From: Cenococcum geophilum
Taxonomy: Eukaryota
Assembly: GCA_050273025.1 (NCBI GenBank)
Contig: CP158635.1
Coordinates: forward strand, 3,348,001-3,412,000
Direction of reading: 5' to 3'
Length of the DNA: 64,000 bases
A program made the position numbers and the translations under genes. A model generated the notes under the pieces. The model saw nothing but the letters and a program-made list of their open reading frames with translations. It was not told where the DNA came from and did not search any database. Of the stretch, positions 1 through 12,278 are shown piece by piece. The first letter of the stretch is position 1. The number at the start of each line of letters is the position of its first letter.

Positions 1-103
1 TCGGGTCAAAGTTTACGTAGGGTACCTAACGTTCCGCATGTTAATAATTAGACGTTAACTAAGGGACGAGATATGGCAGTTAAAAAGGTAAGTTTTGGGT
101 ATA

Positions 104-248
104 CAAGGGGGTAGCATGAACGGGTCAGACGGCCCTCCCTGCTAGTATGTTATCAAAATAAGCGAACCTTTGCAAAATGGTTGGGCTGTATTATTCTGCT
201 AGCATACTAGCAGGGAGGGCCGTCTGACCCGTTCATGTTACCCCCTTG
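104..248. mobile_element. MITE family A (Tc1/mariner-type, TA target), 145 bp
   Basis: 46-bp terminal inverted repeats (TIRs) CAAGGGGGTA(G/A)CATGAACGGGTCAGACGGCCCTCCCTGCTAGTATG at 104-149 and 203-248 with one mismatch; TA on both sides; no ORF. Confidence 0.9.
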
Positions 249-289
249 TATTTTGGGCTTGGGTACCGCCAAAGCTAGGACCATAAGCC

Positions 290-359
290 TCAGACCCTCG
301 GTGGAAAATTCGTTTGGATAAGGAGCAGTATGCCCACAAACGATCCACGGAGGGTCTGA
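290..359. repeat. Imperfect inverted repeat / hairpin, possible small MITE relic
   Basis: TCAGACCCTCGGTGGA (290-305) pairs with TCCACGGAGGGTCTGA (344-359); inner CGTTTG/CAAACG also pair. Confidence 0.5.
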
Positions 360-655
360 TTCATGAGAGAACTGTCAATGCTGTGTACCAGTATTCGAGG
401 CGGCATCTCTACCCCATAAGGAACCACTTGTGAAGCCTACACATAGCAAGCAGCTTCCCTGAAATGTTTTGAAAAGTTGAGAATGCTCATGAGTTAAAAG
501 TTGGCCTACTATCAGTCATTGGACAGGCCTGCAGAACAGTTTTGGATACCCCTAGATAATGTGCTGAATAGACTTTGGGTGGCGCCTGCAGGGCAACCTC
601 CCAGCTTTCAGCTCTAGACCCCGCATCCAATCTCGCCTGGTTGCCACCAACTGTA

Positions 656-947
656 CATAGTAATTGTAGCGAAGCCGTATGCTTGGCTGCAAGAACTTTG
701 CTTCTGCATTGTCGTGATCTTCGTTAATATCGTAAGGTTCCCACCCGTACAATATTGCCAAATTTTATCGGCAATTGCAGAGACAACGTTGTATTTGCGT
801 TTTAGCAGAGGCATAAGAAAAAGAGGGAGCGTACGTCGGGGGAGCGTCGTCAAGCAAGTTCAATTCTCCCGGCTAACCAGAATAATTCTCCATGGCAACC
901 AAAACAGCCCTTGCGCGTAGCCACAGCCGTTCGCTACAATTGCTATG
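656..947. mobile_element. MITE family B (TA target), 292 bp
   Basis: TIRs CATAG(T/C)AATTGTAGCGAA at 656-673 and 930-947; TA at 654-655 and 948-949. Confidence 0.8.
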
Positions 948-949
948 TA

Positions 950-1362
950 CAAGGGGGTAACATGAATGGCTCAGACGCCCCCTCTCCACCGGAGAAAAAG
1001 GTGGCCGATTTTGACGCACGGTCCACAAACACTAAAACACTACCTTAGCGCGGTTTAAAAAGGTTTTTGGAGAGAATATAGATTAGGAGAAGATTAATAA
1101 GCAGTTTACGTGGTATACAAAGAGACTGCACGAATGTATTAGGCTTAGTGGGCAAATGATAAAGTATTAGAGAGTATAATAAGGCTTTTGGTATTTTTGG
1201 CCCGTGCGTCAAAATCGGCCACCTTTTTCTCCGGTGGAGAGGGGCCCCCCCTGCTATTATGGAGAGGAAAATAAGCGAGCCCTAAGTAACATAGCAGAGC
1301 TAGGTTATTTTGTGTACCGTACTAGCAGGGGGGGCGTCTGAGGCATTGATGTTACCCCCTTG
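950..1362. mobile_element. MITE family A, second copy, with its left TIR interrupted by a nested MITE
   Basis: Ends CAAGGGGGTAACAT...ATGTTACCCCCTTG match 104-248; TA flanks at 948-949 and 1363-1364; the left TIR resumes after 1243. Confidence 0.85.
980..1243. mobile_element. Nested MITE with CCC...GGG termini, probable 3-bp TSD (GCC)
   Basis: ~42-bp perfect TIR CCCTCTCCACCGGAGAAAAAGGTGGCCGATTTTGACGCACGG, extending imperfectly to ~60 bp; removing it plus one GCC restores the host TIR (ACG plus 7 C). Confidence 0.85.
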
Positions 1363-1752
1363 TACAGTTGGTGGCAGCCAAGCGAGATTACGGTGGTGCA
1401 TGCACCACCGTAGATGCGCGTACCGAATTTAAAATTTTGGAGCGCTCGCCAAAGGGGGGGGTGGAAGCTGGTGCACATCACTGTATACGCAGCTCGCCCC
1501 CTCACTATCGCCACGCTTTCGCTAAGAACACATGCTGGACACTTGGAGCATGAGCTGAGAAAGACGAGACGCCAAGCTTGCCCAGATTTTGGGGGCCTGT
1601 TCTTGAGAGACAGAATGAGTTCAGTTCGGTTGGTGAATAAACTGCCGCTTGCCCCAGACACTTCTTATACCTGTTGTACCGTTTTACCTTGCGCATACCA
1701 GGAAAACCCGGGTTCTATAAGATCTTAATGTCAACTCTTCCTACATCACATC

Positions 1753-3052
1753 ATGCATAACCTTCTCCGAATTTTTGCGGCCCATCTACTTCCACTTACT
1801 CTTAATTTTAGCTCTGCTTTTGCCATACGTACTAAAGCTGGGATCGTTATAACTCCTCCTCCGATCCCAAAACCAACTGGCTGGGTAAATATCAACCTCT
1901 TCGAACGCCAGGATAGCTGTTCATATGGCCTCTGCGGAACCGAGTGCCTGTCTCAAGGCGCTTTTTGCTGTGGACCAGCTGGGACTTTGGCGACGTCTCC
2001 TTACTGTCAGCCTCTTTTCGCCATCCATATCCAATAGCTAATCAGATCTACAGGGGTCTGTGACAATGTTAGTAAATACGAATCTAGTCAAATAGGCGAT
2101 GAGAGATGCTAAAACTTTGCAAAGGGGGCATGCATTACAAGCGTCCGGGGCTCGACCGGCGTTGTAGACTGTTATGAGTGAGTCTTGGCCTATGAAGTGG
2201 TCCTGAAAGCCAGAAGATAAGATAATGAATATTAACGCACAATAGCCCTGACAACCCACAAGGCACCACTCAGTCTTGTATTGATAATGTTCCTACCACG
2301 ACTTGTCAACCTACAGATCGTTGCTATACATGGTAGGCCCGCTTCTTTCTCCCTCTGCGGCTTTGCCAGTGCAGCCTAATAATCCCCGTTACAGCTCGGC
2401 AGATGGACCCTACTGCTTCTGGCAAACTTACATCGCCGATAACTCCCCAACCCTTAGCTGGTTCTCATGCGTCGTAAGCAAAACGGCAGATGCAACATTC
2501 TACGCAGCCACAATTACTGAAAACCTCACCTATCCAACTACACCCTTCACAGCTTCAACCGGAACAACTTCGTCTTCAAGCGCTTCAGCATCGGCCCCCG
2601 TCCTCAGCAATGGCGCAATAATCGGTATTTCGGTCGGAGGAGGCGTCGTGTTAATCGGCTGCGTGGCGGGTATAATCTGGTGCTGTATTGTTCGTAAGAA
2701 GGGGCGTAGTTCCAACACTACTGCCCCCTCCCTCGCGCCCGCACAGCGGTCCCCTGTGGAATTACCTCCCAATGTAACTCCTGTATTCTATCACAGCGCA
2801 CCGCCAGACCCCTCAGCAGCCTACTCACCCACCCAAAGTTCAACCAGGTTCAGCCCGAGCCAGTATCAGGCGACTCTTGTGTCAGGCGAGGAGATTGAAT
2901 ACTGGAGACGAACGACGCCAAGAGATGGGAATTTGGGGACAGACGCTGCGGCAGAATTGCCGACGAAGAGGGCCAGTACGAGGGAGCGGGAGGAGCGGGA
3001 CAGAGGGAGTTATGCGGAAGGTGATGATTGGGATCATATGACTGCACATTAA
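1753..3052 (+). CDS. Multi-exon Cys-rich type I membrane protein (signal peptide, Cys-rich ectodomain, Ser/Thr stalk, one TM helix, Pro-rich tail)
   Basis: Hydrophobic N-terminus; small Cys-rich exons joined by about 4 GT-AG introns (e.g. GACITSVRGSTGVVDCY, TQSCIDNVPTTTCQPTDRCYTC); TM segment LSNGAIIGISVGGGVVLIGCVAGIIWCCIV followed by RKKGR; stop at 3050-3052. Confidence 0.8.
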
Positions 3053-3274
3053 TTATGATATTGGGTGGATGCAGAAAGACCTGCTCTGCATTAAAACAGC
3101 AATTGGTCCTGCGCAGGCCAGGTGATCTCGAGTAGGATTGCAAAAATTGGTAATGTGCCCCATTAAGCTATTGGATAGCGAGGAGGTTGTGACATGCGTA
3201 ACATGGTATTAGTAGCATTGAGTACTGAAAACTATGAATGTACCGTCGGGTGTGAATCGGGTGATTAAGTGCTA

Positions 3275-3611
3275 CAGGCAAAACTCCTTAGTACGGTATG
3301 GGTTTTGGCGCCAAATGTATCGTAATACCAATGATATTGTTATATCAAGAGTCACGTGTAGGGTGAATAAGCAGTAAAAACTTAATAAAAAGTGGATCTT
3401 AAAGCCTAAAGGGTATAGATTATCCTCCTTACGGGCCAGATATACGCCTTCCCATACAACTAGTTATACCGATATTGGTGGTAGAGCTTAACGATATCGT
3501 CGAAAATCAGATAATCGTTAATTACACCAAAAAAGTCTTGATTAGGGCATGTAGATCGTAATACCAAAGGTATCGTTATATACCTGGTATCGTATTAAGG
3601 AGTTTTGCCTG
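3275..3611. mobile_element. MITE (TA target), 337 bp
   Basis: TIR CAGGCAAAACTCCTTA(G/A)TACG(G/A)TA at both ends, TA flanks; internal direct repeat ATCGTAATACCAA...GTTATAT near 3319 and 3556. Confidence 0.85.
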
Positions 3612-3789
3612 TAGTAATTGAAATCTCACCATGGCAGAGTGGTACATCCTTTTCAAAATCCTGCTAGAAGGACAGTGCGGCCTTCAAACGCACCTAGAGC
3701 ATGTCTAAAATATCTCTTTCTATGGGGCTCAATGGAGCGTCTACATAGTTATATTGTGCTCTTGTTCTGCTTCAGTCTTGCATCATGGC

Positions 3790-4885
3790 CTAAATTGACT
3801 TTTTCACCGGGGACTGTTGAGATTCCATAGATTAAACATCCGTGTAAACTAGTAATCCTGCTAGACCGTCAGTGGTTATCCAAAAATCATTTTAGGGTAA
3901 CTTTACCATTATGCTCACGGGCAAGAAGTTTAATGCAAACCAGACCACCCAGGACATATTTCCTTCCCACACCCACCCAGGCGGGCTCTTTACCAGAACT
4001 TTACTCACAACAGAACGGGCATAGTCTTCGTTTGATATACCAACCTCTTGGCTGTATTTGAGCCGCCGCTGGTATTCCTCATTTATAGGGATATAAGCTG
4101 ATCTTGGAAGTAGAGAGCGTTCTACACGCGCAATATTGGATTTCACGCTGCCTGTCACGATTGTGACAACCTTGACACTGAACGGGGCGAGTTCGACGCG
4201 GAGGGTGTTGCTGTAGGTATTAAGCGCGGCCTTAGATGCAATTATATGCACCTAAATAGTAAGTTGGCGGCTAGGGGTACCATTGTGCAGATTGGTAGTT
4301 TAGCAGGGATAATGTAAGACATGAACTGAAATTATGTGGTGGTAGCTCTAGCGTGTGAACGTAGGCCTTATGTCCTTGACAGTACGCAACCTTGTAACAA
4401 ACTATTGACCTCTATTAAGAGCGGTGCAAACTCTTGGCACATTCGCATTACGGCAAATACGTTAACCTCGAAGGTCGAACGCACTTCACCGAAGTCGACG
4501 TCCAGCGCCGGGACAGTAGAGTTTCTTCCCGCATTGTTGGCCAAGATGTCCAATCGTCCTCCTGTCAGCTCTTCGACCTGCTTCTTAACAGTGCTGACAC
4601 ATTCTGGCTTGTCCGCTTCGGGGGAGTGAGTCTCAATGCCCAGCGGGAGGAGGCCTGAAATTGTTTCGACCCTCCGGGCGGTTGCAAGGACGCGGAGGCC
4701 TTGTTTAACCAGGGCCAGCCGAGGGCTGGGCGCGGAGGAGGGAATGGAAGAGGACCTTTGGAGGAGAACTCGCGGGCGAGGGCCAATGCCACTGGGACCG
4801 GCAGCGATAGTGGTCATGTTGGTGGCGACCGGAAGAGTTGGCTTGATGGAGAGGAGACAACAGCCTTCCCCTTTGAGTCAGTCAT
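3790..4885 (-). pseudogene. Short-chain dehydrogenase/reductase pseudogene, AYR1-like (1-acyl-DHAP reductase family)
   Basis: Motifs GIG/ALAREF, GLRVLATARR, GRLDILANNAG, FEVNVFA, Y-N/ASKAAL, LRVELAPF. Frameshifts after GIG and within YN/ASK, in-frame TAG in the last exon, and two exons inverted (4270-4381). Confidence 0.85.
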
Positions 4886-5239
4886 CCCGATTAGTGCTTG
4901 TGGGTGCGTAATGGCTGCTAGTAATGTTGTATAGACAAGAAGGATGGGAAGTCATCACAGTTGTCAGGTTAAGGTAACTCTCCCGCAAAAGCACAGGCCA
5001 GGCGGAGTTCCCTCACAGCTTCCTCGCAGCATCCCTACAGCCCCACCTTTGAATCAAGAGAGCGCATTCGAAAAGAGGCCTGCATGCAGAGAAGCATGCA
5101 GGTAAGCATGCAGGTAATAGGCTAACTAGAACAGGTATAAAAGCAACGAGCCTTTCTGCTGACATCCCTGTTTCCCCTCCTGCTCGAGTCTACTTCGCTC
5201 TCCAAAGACGCTTTAAATTCGAATTTTCTATTCCTCGCA

Positions 5240-6164
5240 ATGGCTCTCGTCGACTGGATACCGGTTCTTCTTAGGCCGTCGTTATTGTTGCTAACAGTGC
5301 GTTCTAAATTGTATTCATTATGACCTGGTGGTATGCTAAACTTCAGAAGACTTCTTTATGACGATCCTCGAAGCAGTCTTTGTCCACCCCAATCCCTCCC
5401 TTCTCTTCAACCTCTCCGCGTTACGAGAGAAATCCTTCGGGCGACTTTGGATCAACAATGGTACTAGCAGCCACGAGCCTGCAGTCCCTTAGCTTCCTCA
5501 CCTAACTTCCTACGCAGACGAGGCAATGTCAGTCGGAATGCCTGGCCCAATCAATGTCCTCCTTAAAACTGCTCATGGTGTTGTCCTCGATGTCGGGCCA
5601 GGCAGCGGCGAACAATTGTCACGATTTGACCCCGCAAAAATCGGTGTCATGCATGGCGCTGAACCAAACATCCACCTTCTTCCAGGGCTGCTGAGGATCG
5701 CGGAGAAGGTGGGCTTCGACAGGAAATACAGAGCTTTACAATGCGGTGGGGAACCCGAGTCTTTGATTCCAGCTTTGGCGAAGGCTGGTGCTCTCAAAGA
5801 CGGTGCATCGCGAGGCGTCTTCGATGATATTGTGTATCAGGGTGCTTTGCGGAGTGCCGAGGCCGGAAGAGACTATTCAGGGCTTATATCGGCTTTTGAA
5901 GCCGGGAGGGAGGCTCATCGTCTGCGAACACTTAGCGAATCCCTGGAGAGACGGAATTGGGAGTTTTCTGGCTCTGATATTTCAGGCAATATATGCGTTG
6001 TTAGGTTGGAGTTTTTGGCTGGGGGGTTGCAATATTGACCAGGATACTGCGAAGTTCCTGCGAGCTGGGGCTAGAATGGAGGGATGGGCAAAGGCGGAAC
6101 TGGAATATGAGACCCAAGCATAGCAATTCCATTTACTGTGGGATATTTAGTAAAGAAAACGTAG
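5240..6164 (+). pseudogene. Class I SAM-dependent methyltransferase pseudogene (METTL7 / Methyltransf_11-like)
   Basis: Motif I VLDVGPGSG, then GAEPN, FDDIV/CIRVLC, LLKPGGRLIVCEH; frameshift near 5830 and a stop plus frameshift near 6121. Confidence 0.8.
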
Positions 6165-7357
6165 CTGCTCTCGAATATAAAGTCTGTAGTACTATATCTA
6201 GGTAAATTATTCCGGCTTGGCGGCGCTTTCTACTTAATATTATAGGGGCTAATAAGGTAGATATATTTATTAATTATAGGGCTTCTTCTACGGATTAATT
6301 TAACGGTATTTCTAAGATAATAGCTATTATAGGGGTATTGTCGAACGGACAATAGGATGAGGACTCTGTCTATTGAATATGGCTCTAGAAGCTCTCTATA
6401 TAGATTAGGTAGGTCCAGGCAACTGAGTCAAATAGGTAATAGAAAATAGGTAATGAGACATTCGATGAAACATTTAGTCATAAGTTGAGAGACAACTAAG
6501 ACAAAGTACGTAAAGACGATCTAGGTCGTCAGACAATAGTTCGATGGTGGCAAGGAAGTCCGATTCAGGTCGACAGGTATAGATTAATTTCGTTAAGGAA
6601 GGTATATAAAATAAGTTATATCGCTTAATAAATCTTTAATAAAAAAGGTTAGCGATATCCGCTTGCGGATATACGTATGTCCGCTAATTGATTCTATGGT
6701 CTGAGCTTGCTGGGGTAGCCCGGTAGTGAACTCAACCCCTTTTACTTGGCACGGTATCGGACACGTGAGCCAAGCTTTTAGCTAGGTGAGCTTAACTGAT
6801 CAGTACTGTACTTTCAATACCATGCCCACACGCACAGATAGTAAGAATTGTTAGCTTATCCTAAACACAGAAATGAAATCTTCCAGGGTCTTTCTAGGAC
6901 GCGCCTAAGCAGGCAATGGGTGCGTATTTGGACTGCTGATTAGACTGCTAATTAAGCCTAGGTCACTTCAGTTTTCAGCTGTCGCATTTGGCCCCCATCC
7001 CAAATTCCCAGCTGACGTACCTCATCAAGCCATGCTACGGGAACTTTTCCAGCTCACAAACGCCACCTCAAAACCAAAATGGCTACCCTACATTATCATG
7101 CACATCAAGCTACATACGGGTCGCACAAAATTGATGATTTGCTGGAGATAGCAATAAGGCTCTCCAATTGCGGGGCAGATATCACTTGCGAGGCTGAACG
7201 TCTCTCAGCTGCTCAATAACAAGACAACATCTCTCAGCTCAAGAACAAGACATTCTAATCGTTCAAAGTTCATCAATGTGCTCTTACGCTTCCCTTGCGA
7301 TCAGACAACCGCCGCGGGGCTCCTTTGCAGAGTGTCCCACACCTTGCCTTCGATGCG

Positions 7358-10300
7358 ATGGCTCAGACTCTTCCAGCGGAACGTGCAGAGGCCCCCGTTA
7401 GGCCACAAGCACCAGTAATCCGCGTCGAAGGAGCTATCCCAGTTGACTCGCAGCGAAATTCAACAGGTCATAGAAGTACCTCGCCCTCAAGGCCTCAACC
7501 ACGGCGTGAGCGTCAGCATAGTTTCCAAGGACTGATCCGAACGATCTCTCGGGAGACAAGGACCCCTACTGTTGAGGATAAAACAGTCAAAGAAACAGTA
7601 AAACCTTCGTCAGTGGTAAAATCATCCTCAAAGACGTCGAAGCTCAGCATTCGTCGGCATATTTTGCACCCCCCAGAGGTGAAACCATCGCATTCGGTGG
7701 ACATTGTGGTTGTGTATTTGTTCAATGGTGCCAAAGAGGACTCTGATTTGGCCCTGTTCGAGGTCCACGAACATGTGGGACAAGCGGAGAAGGAATCATC
7801 AAGCAAACGAGAGCATGTAGAGGTTGAACGAGAGCCGAAAAGCGAGTCTGCTGTCGACCCCGGCCAACCTGCATCTCCTACGAAGAAGGATGGGAATTTC
7901 TTGACCCCAACATCTGCTAGAGATTATTTTACGACCAAGGATGCCGCAAGAATTGGTTCAGCGACATTGAGCAAAATTACTCCCAAAGCAGACCCGGTCT
8001 CGAAGGGCAAAGTCGCCTCTCCCGACATTTTATTGAAGAGCAAGCCTCTCTCAATGCCCACAGTCAATTGGTTAAGGGACCCCACTATGCTTCCCAAGGC
8101 CATTCCCGAGGCGAGAATAATCAGCGTAGGCTTCGATATCCGGGACGCTTTCGATGCGCCTATCGATCTTGAAGCCGCCGCTGCACAGCTAAGCGAAACG
8201 CTTGCTGAAGTCAGATTGAACTGCTCAGCGCGGCCCATCCTTTTCATTGGACACGGCTATGGGGGCATTTTCATCGAGCAAGCTTTGGTCAAAGGAGCTT
8301 GTGGAGATGAGACCTCGAAGCCGATCCTTGAAACCACCTCTGGCGCCTTCTTCTTCTCTTGCCCCGTCCTCGGATTTGATGAGACACGCACGCTTCTTGC
8401 AAAGTTATATGAAATACCTGTAGATGCCCCACTCTTTACGAGTATAGTTCCCTCTTCTGCCAAACTTCGAAAGCTCACCGATGAATTCAACCAAAAGGTC
8501 ATGCAGGAAGACGCTCACAAGAGGAACGAGCCTGCAGATCAAGCGGAGGCCGAATCTCATGCTCACAAGGATACAGCACACTGTGGACGCGCATCTCGTC
8601 GAACAGGGTTTCCGATCATTCAATACATATCCGCTGAAGAGTACCCATCCCAACGAAAAGCTGAGCGCGCAGCAGAGAACCCGAGACTTGATCGTCCAGT
8701 TGATCGTTTGGACGATCCAGATTCGATATTGGTTCTAAAGAGGGACTTCGGAAGCATGGTGAAATTCTCAGCCTTCGAAGACCGGGAGTTTCAGCGTCTA
8801 ACCGAGTTGATCTCTTGGGCTGTCCACACACGCCAGCTTCTCGATGCTGCGACCGGAAGTCAAGAAGATATAGAATCCTTATTGAAGAATCCTTGGGTAA
8901 ACATTAACCTTCGAGACCGATGGTACGTCAAGCACTTGAAGGGGCAATGACGATACTGGCCATTACAGGGAGATTGTGCGGACTCACGCTCAATATAAGC
9001 TGACGTTGACTTAGGGGCCAAACAGCACTGCATATCGCCACGCAAAGAGCAAGCGCGCCCGTTCAAATTGTACGAGTACTTCTTTTCAAGGGCAACGCAA
9101 ACCCTTCACCAAAGGACAGGCAATTAAATACGCCATTACATTACGCGGTCAGAAGAAAGGATATCTCTCTTGTTAGAGTTCTGTTAGAAGCAAAAGCCGA
9201 TGTCAACGCCGAGAACGACAATTTTCTTACCCCGATAGATCTCGCATCACGACATAAGTCCACTCGCCGGATTGCCAAAGAACTCCGACATCAACGCCTC
9301 ACTCTGGTAGAAGGTCCTGTCGGGGGGTTTCAGCGAATACCTGATCTGAAACCGAAGTCTCCCCAGTCGCAGCAAGGTCAGGTTGCATGTAAGAGCTTCC
9401 AAGTAACCGCCACAGAAATATTCTCGTATGGTGGTACCGACCACCACTGGTCTTTGCCCATTTCTGTTCAGGAGATGATATATGGCCCAGAGAGTCTTGA
9501 GGGCATACTAAAACGTGTTCGACCAAACCCCCCAAAAGATGTCGCACAAGGGAAGCCAATATGTAAATGGCTGCATATTCACGAAAATAATGTCGGTTTC
9601 CCAATCGCGCCTTTTCCTTACCTGCCTGATACTGACTGATCACTGACTCAGATGATATGGGTGGAGGTACGACTCGGTATCTTTTCCTAGACGTACTACT
9701 GTCGATTGACATATGAACAGGACCTCTTCGCCAAGCTCGGTTATCGTGGATCAATATGGGCTGGAAGAGGCCACACAAGCCAAATCCCACACAGTGTAAG
9801 ACCCTTACGTTTGGTGTCTCCAAATATGCCTTGGAAGTGGTTAAGCTAAGTTACACTAGTGTGCCATCACACCACATGTTTCCAGTCCACGTAACCAGGA
9901 CCAAGAGAAAGGACTCTTCGCAATATTTGTGAGTCTTACCTTCGAGTCGCGCTACCCATGTCGACAGGCTAAGCCAATGCAGGTTCCATATCTAAGCTAC
10001 GAAGTGAATAAGGGGCAGGCCAAGATGAGCGAGTTTGTAGGAATAACACAGAGCAATTTTGAGCGAGATGCTTTTTGGAGAGAATTTGAGATATTTTCCC
10101 TGTGGGGTCGCCCAAGAGTCGGAAACGCTCGTGCTACCGCGGAAAACGATGATGCGTCCACTTCAGTAGCCAGGGACGGTGTGAGCAGCGAGGGTGAAAC
10201 TACGAGGTTAGAGTCTATGATTAATCGTATCCCCGATACCTCTTTTCTTCCAGCGCCTGAGCTAATTCGTTCGCAGGAATGCCGAGAGAAGTCTCTCGGC

Positions 10301-12278
10301 TCGGCGACATACTGCCCCTGAAGGCCATGAATCTCCGCTTCTCGAATCAGCATCCGATATAGACTCCGAAGCCGCGCAATCAGATTCAGACACATCTAGC
10401 GTTGATGAATACGATTTAGATGACGAAGACGAAGCCTTGATCAGTGAGTATCTAAACGATCCGCCATCTCTCCATGTTCGACGGTATGTTACGAGTCATC
10501 TCCGAAGTTCACATTCTAACATCTTCAACAGTACCCTAGATCAGTATTACTACCATATGCTACCCAATACAAAGCGAAGAGATAGGGACCAAGTGGTCAC
10601 AAGATGGGCAAAAAGCAAACACGAAGAGACGCACAACATAATCATGGTTGACCAACTGTGGCTGTGGCAATTTCAGGACGAAGATGGCACAGATATCATT
10701 ATTTCGAGCTTTCCAGACCGTACTGGGGTGAATTCACGAAGTTCGAAGAGTGCAAGATCAATGGACAAGCTACGAGACCTTATCTTGGATCCCATTGGGA
10801 ACATGCGCAATCCAGTCCGAAGCTCAATCGACCTGATCTTTCGAATAATCGCCACATGTTCCAACATTTTTGACCGTTGCCAAGAGATTGAACTGCTCCA
10901 ATTTCTTCAAGCATTCGAAATTTCCATTGGTAGGGTGGTATGATACACCTTGGTTATTGCAAGTCGTTGGAACCCTGAGGCTGATTATGCTAGTAGAGCA
11001 ATAAGGAAACGAGGCTATTCAAGAAGTTCCAAAAACGATCTGAGAAATTGCACGCTCTCAACAAGAAACATAAAGAGTTTGAAAACAATAAGAATAAACT
11101 ACTCGAGCAGCTACTAGACATCGGCAGCGAGATCGAACTCCTAGTTGAGATTAAAGAGATCCTCGATGAGATCAATATAATCCTAAATATCCTTCGAACT
11201 CAGACGTCAGTACTTTCGGACCCTGGTCTAGCGGAGTATGATGTCCTGTCCCATTCTGAAGACGCTCGCCGTATTATTGCGACCAGCACTGCAGACTTCA
11301 AAAGGATGCAGATCCAGGCCGAGGCTGTCCAGAGCTCCGTAAGTACTAATAGAACCGCTCATCATAGCCCGAGCTAAAGTTGTCGTGCAGTTGAACGCTT
11401 TGATGGATCTTAAGCAAAAGGCTGCTAATGCTTGGGAAGCTCGATCTTCACGTGAAGGCGCTGTCGCGACAGCAAAACAGGGGAACGTGAGTCAATGATG
11501 CACCATCTCCAATACTATATGAGTAACGTTTGCTGACTTACGTGCATAGACCATGCTTGTTTTTACCGTCGTTACAATAATCTTTGTAAGTCATCTCGAG
11601 TCCTGGACTTGAAGGTCTCACTAATCGCTAACGAGTATCGTACTATAGCTACCGCTGTCTTTCATGGCATCTTTTTTGGCTCTCAATGTATCTGCCTTTC
11701 CACAAGATGACAAGGGTCAAACAAATTGGCCTCTACATCTCCTATCGGGCCTGTTATGTACGTGCTTGCCTTGATCCCATAGCATCTTCCCATGAAGAGA
11801 CACTGATAATTGTGCAGTCGGCATATCCTTCGCTGTCTCCATTCCATTCGTAGTAATCGCATTCAGCGTCCAACCCATGGCCTCCATCTGGAAGGGCATG
11901 GTAAATGATGGCTTAATCAGGGCCGTGCTATATCTCCTCCGAATCCTACGTCAACTCCTACGCAAACTGAAGGCTAAGAGACTCAATGCGAAGAGAAAGA
12001 AATTAGCAAAGAGACTCGAACGTCGCCAATGCCAATATACCGCAGACCAGTACGACAAGAAAATCGAAGAGTCTGGATCTAGTTCGGAAGACGAACCTGA
12101 TAACGCCACGGCCGTGGAATCCGATAGCTCATCTTCAGGTAGTTCAAGCAACTCCAACTCTTCGGGGGATAATGGTGATGATCCTCGCCCGAGCCTCTTC
12201 CGACGCAGAAGGATTTTGAGACGAAAGGAGAATGGTGATGAGGAGACGGGGTTGGAACCTAAGGATAGGCGGAAATGA
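7358..12278 (+). CDS. Large multi-exon protein: alpha/beta-hydrolase-like (SesB/SERAC1-type) domain, ankyrin repeats, CorA-like helical and transmembrane C-terminus
   Basis: VNWLRDPTMLPKAIPEARII and RPILFIGHGYGG; ankyrin repeats WGQTALHIA and NTPLHYAV (9015-9250); WLHIHENN, TLDQYYY...DRDQVV, VDQLWLW; DLKQKAANAWEA...QGNTMLVFTVVTIIFLPLSFMASFLALNV. The exon junctions I checked join in frame through GT-AG introns. Confidence 0.85.

Noticed and set aside
552..1728. Several 60-120 aa ORFs in the ORF track
   Set aside because: They cross MITE boundaries, mostly use non-ATG starts and show no recognisable motifs.
6180..6810. AT-richer intergenic stretch, possibly a transposon relic
   Set aside because: No termini, TSD or coding motif could be identified.
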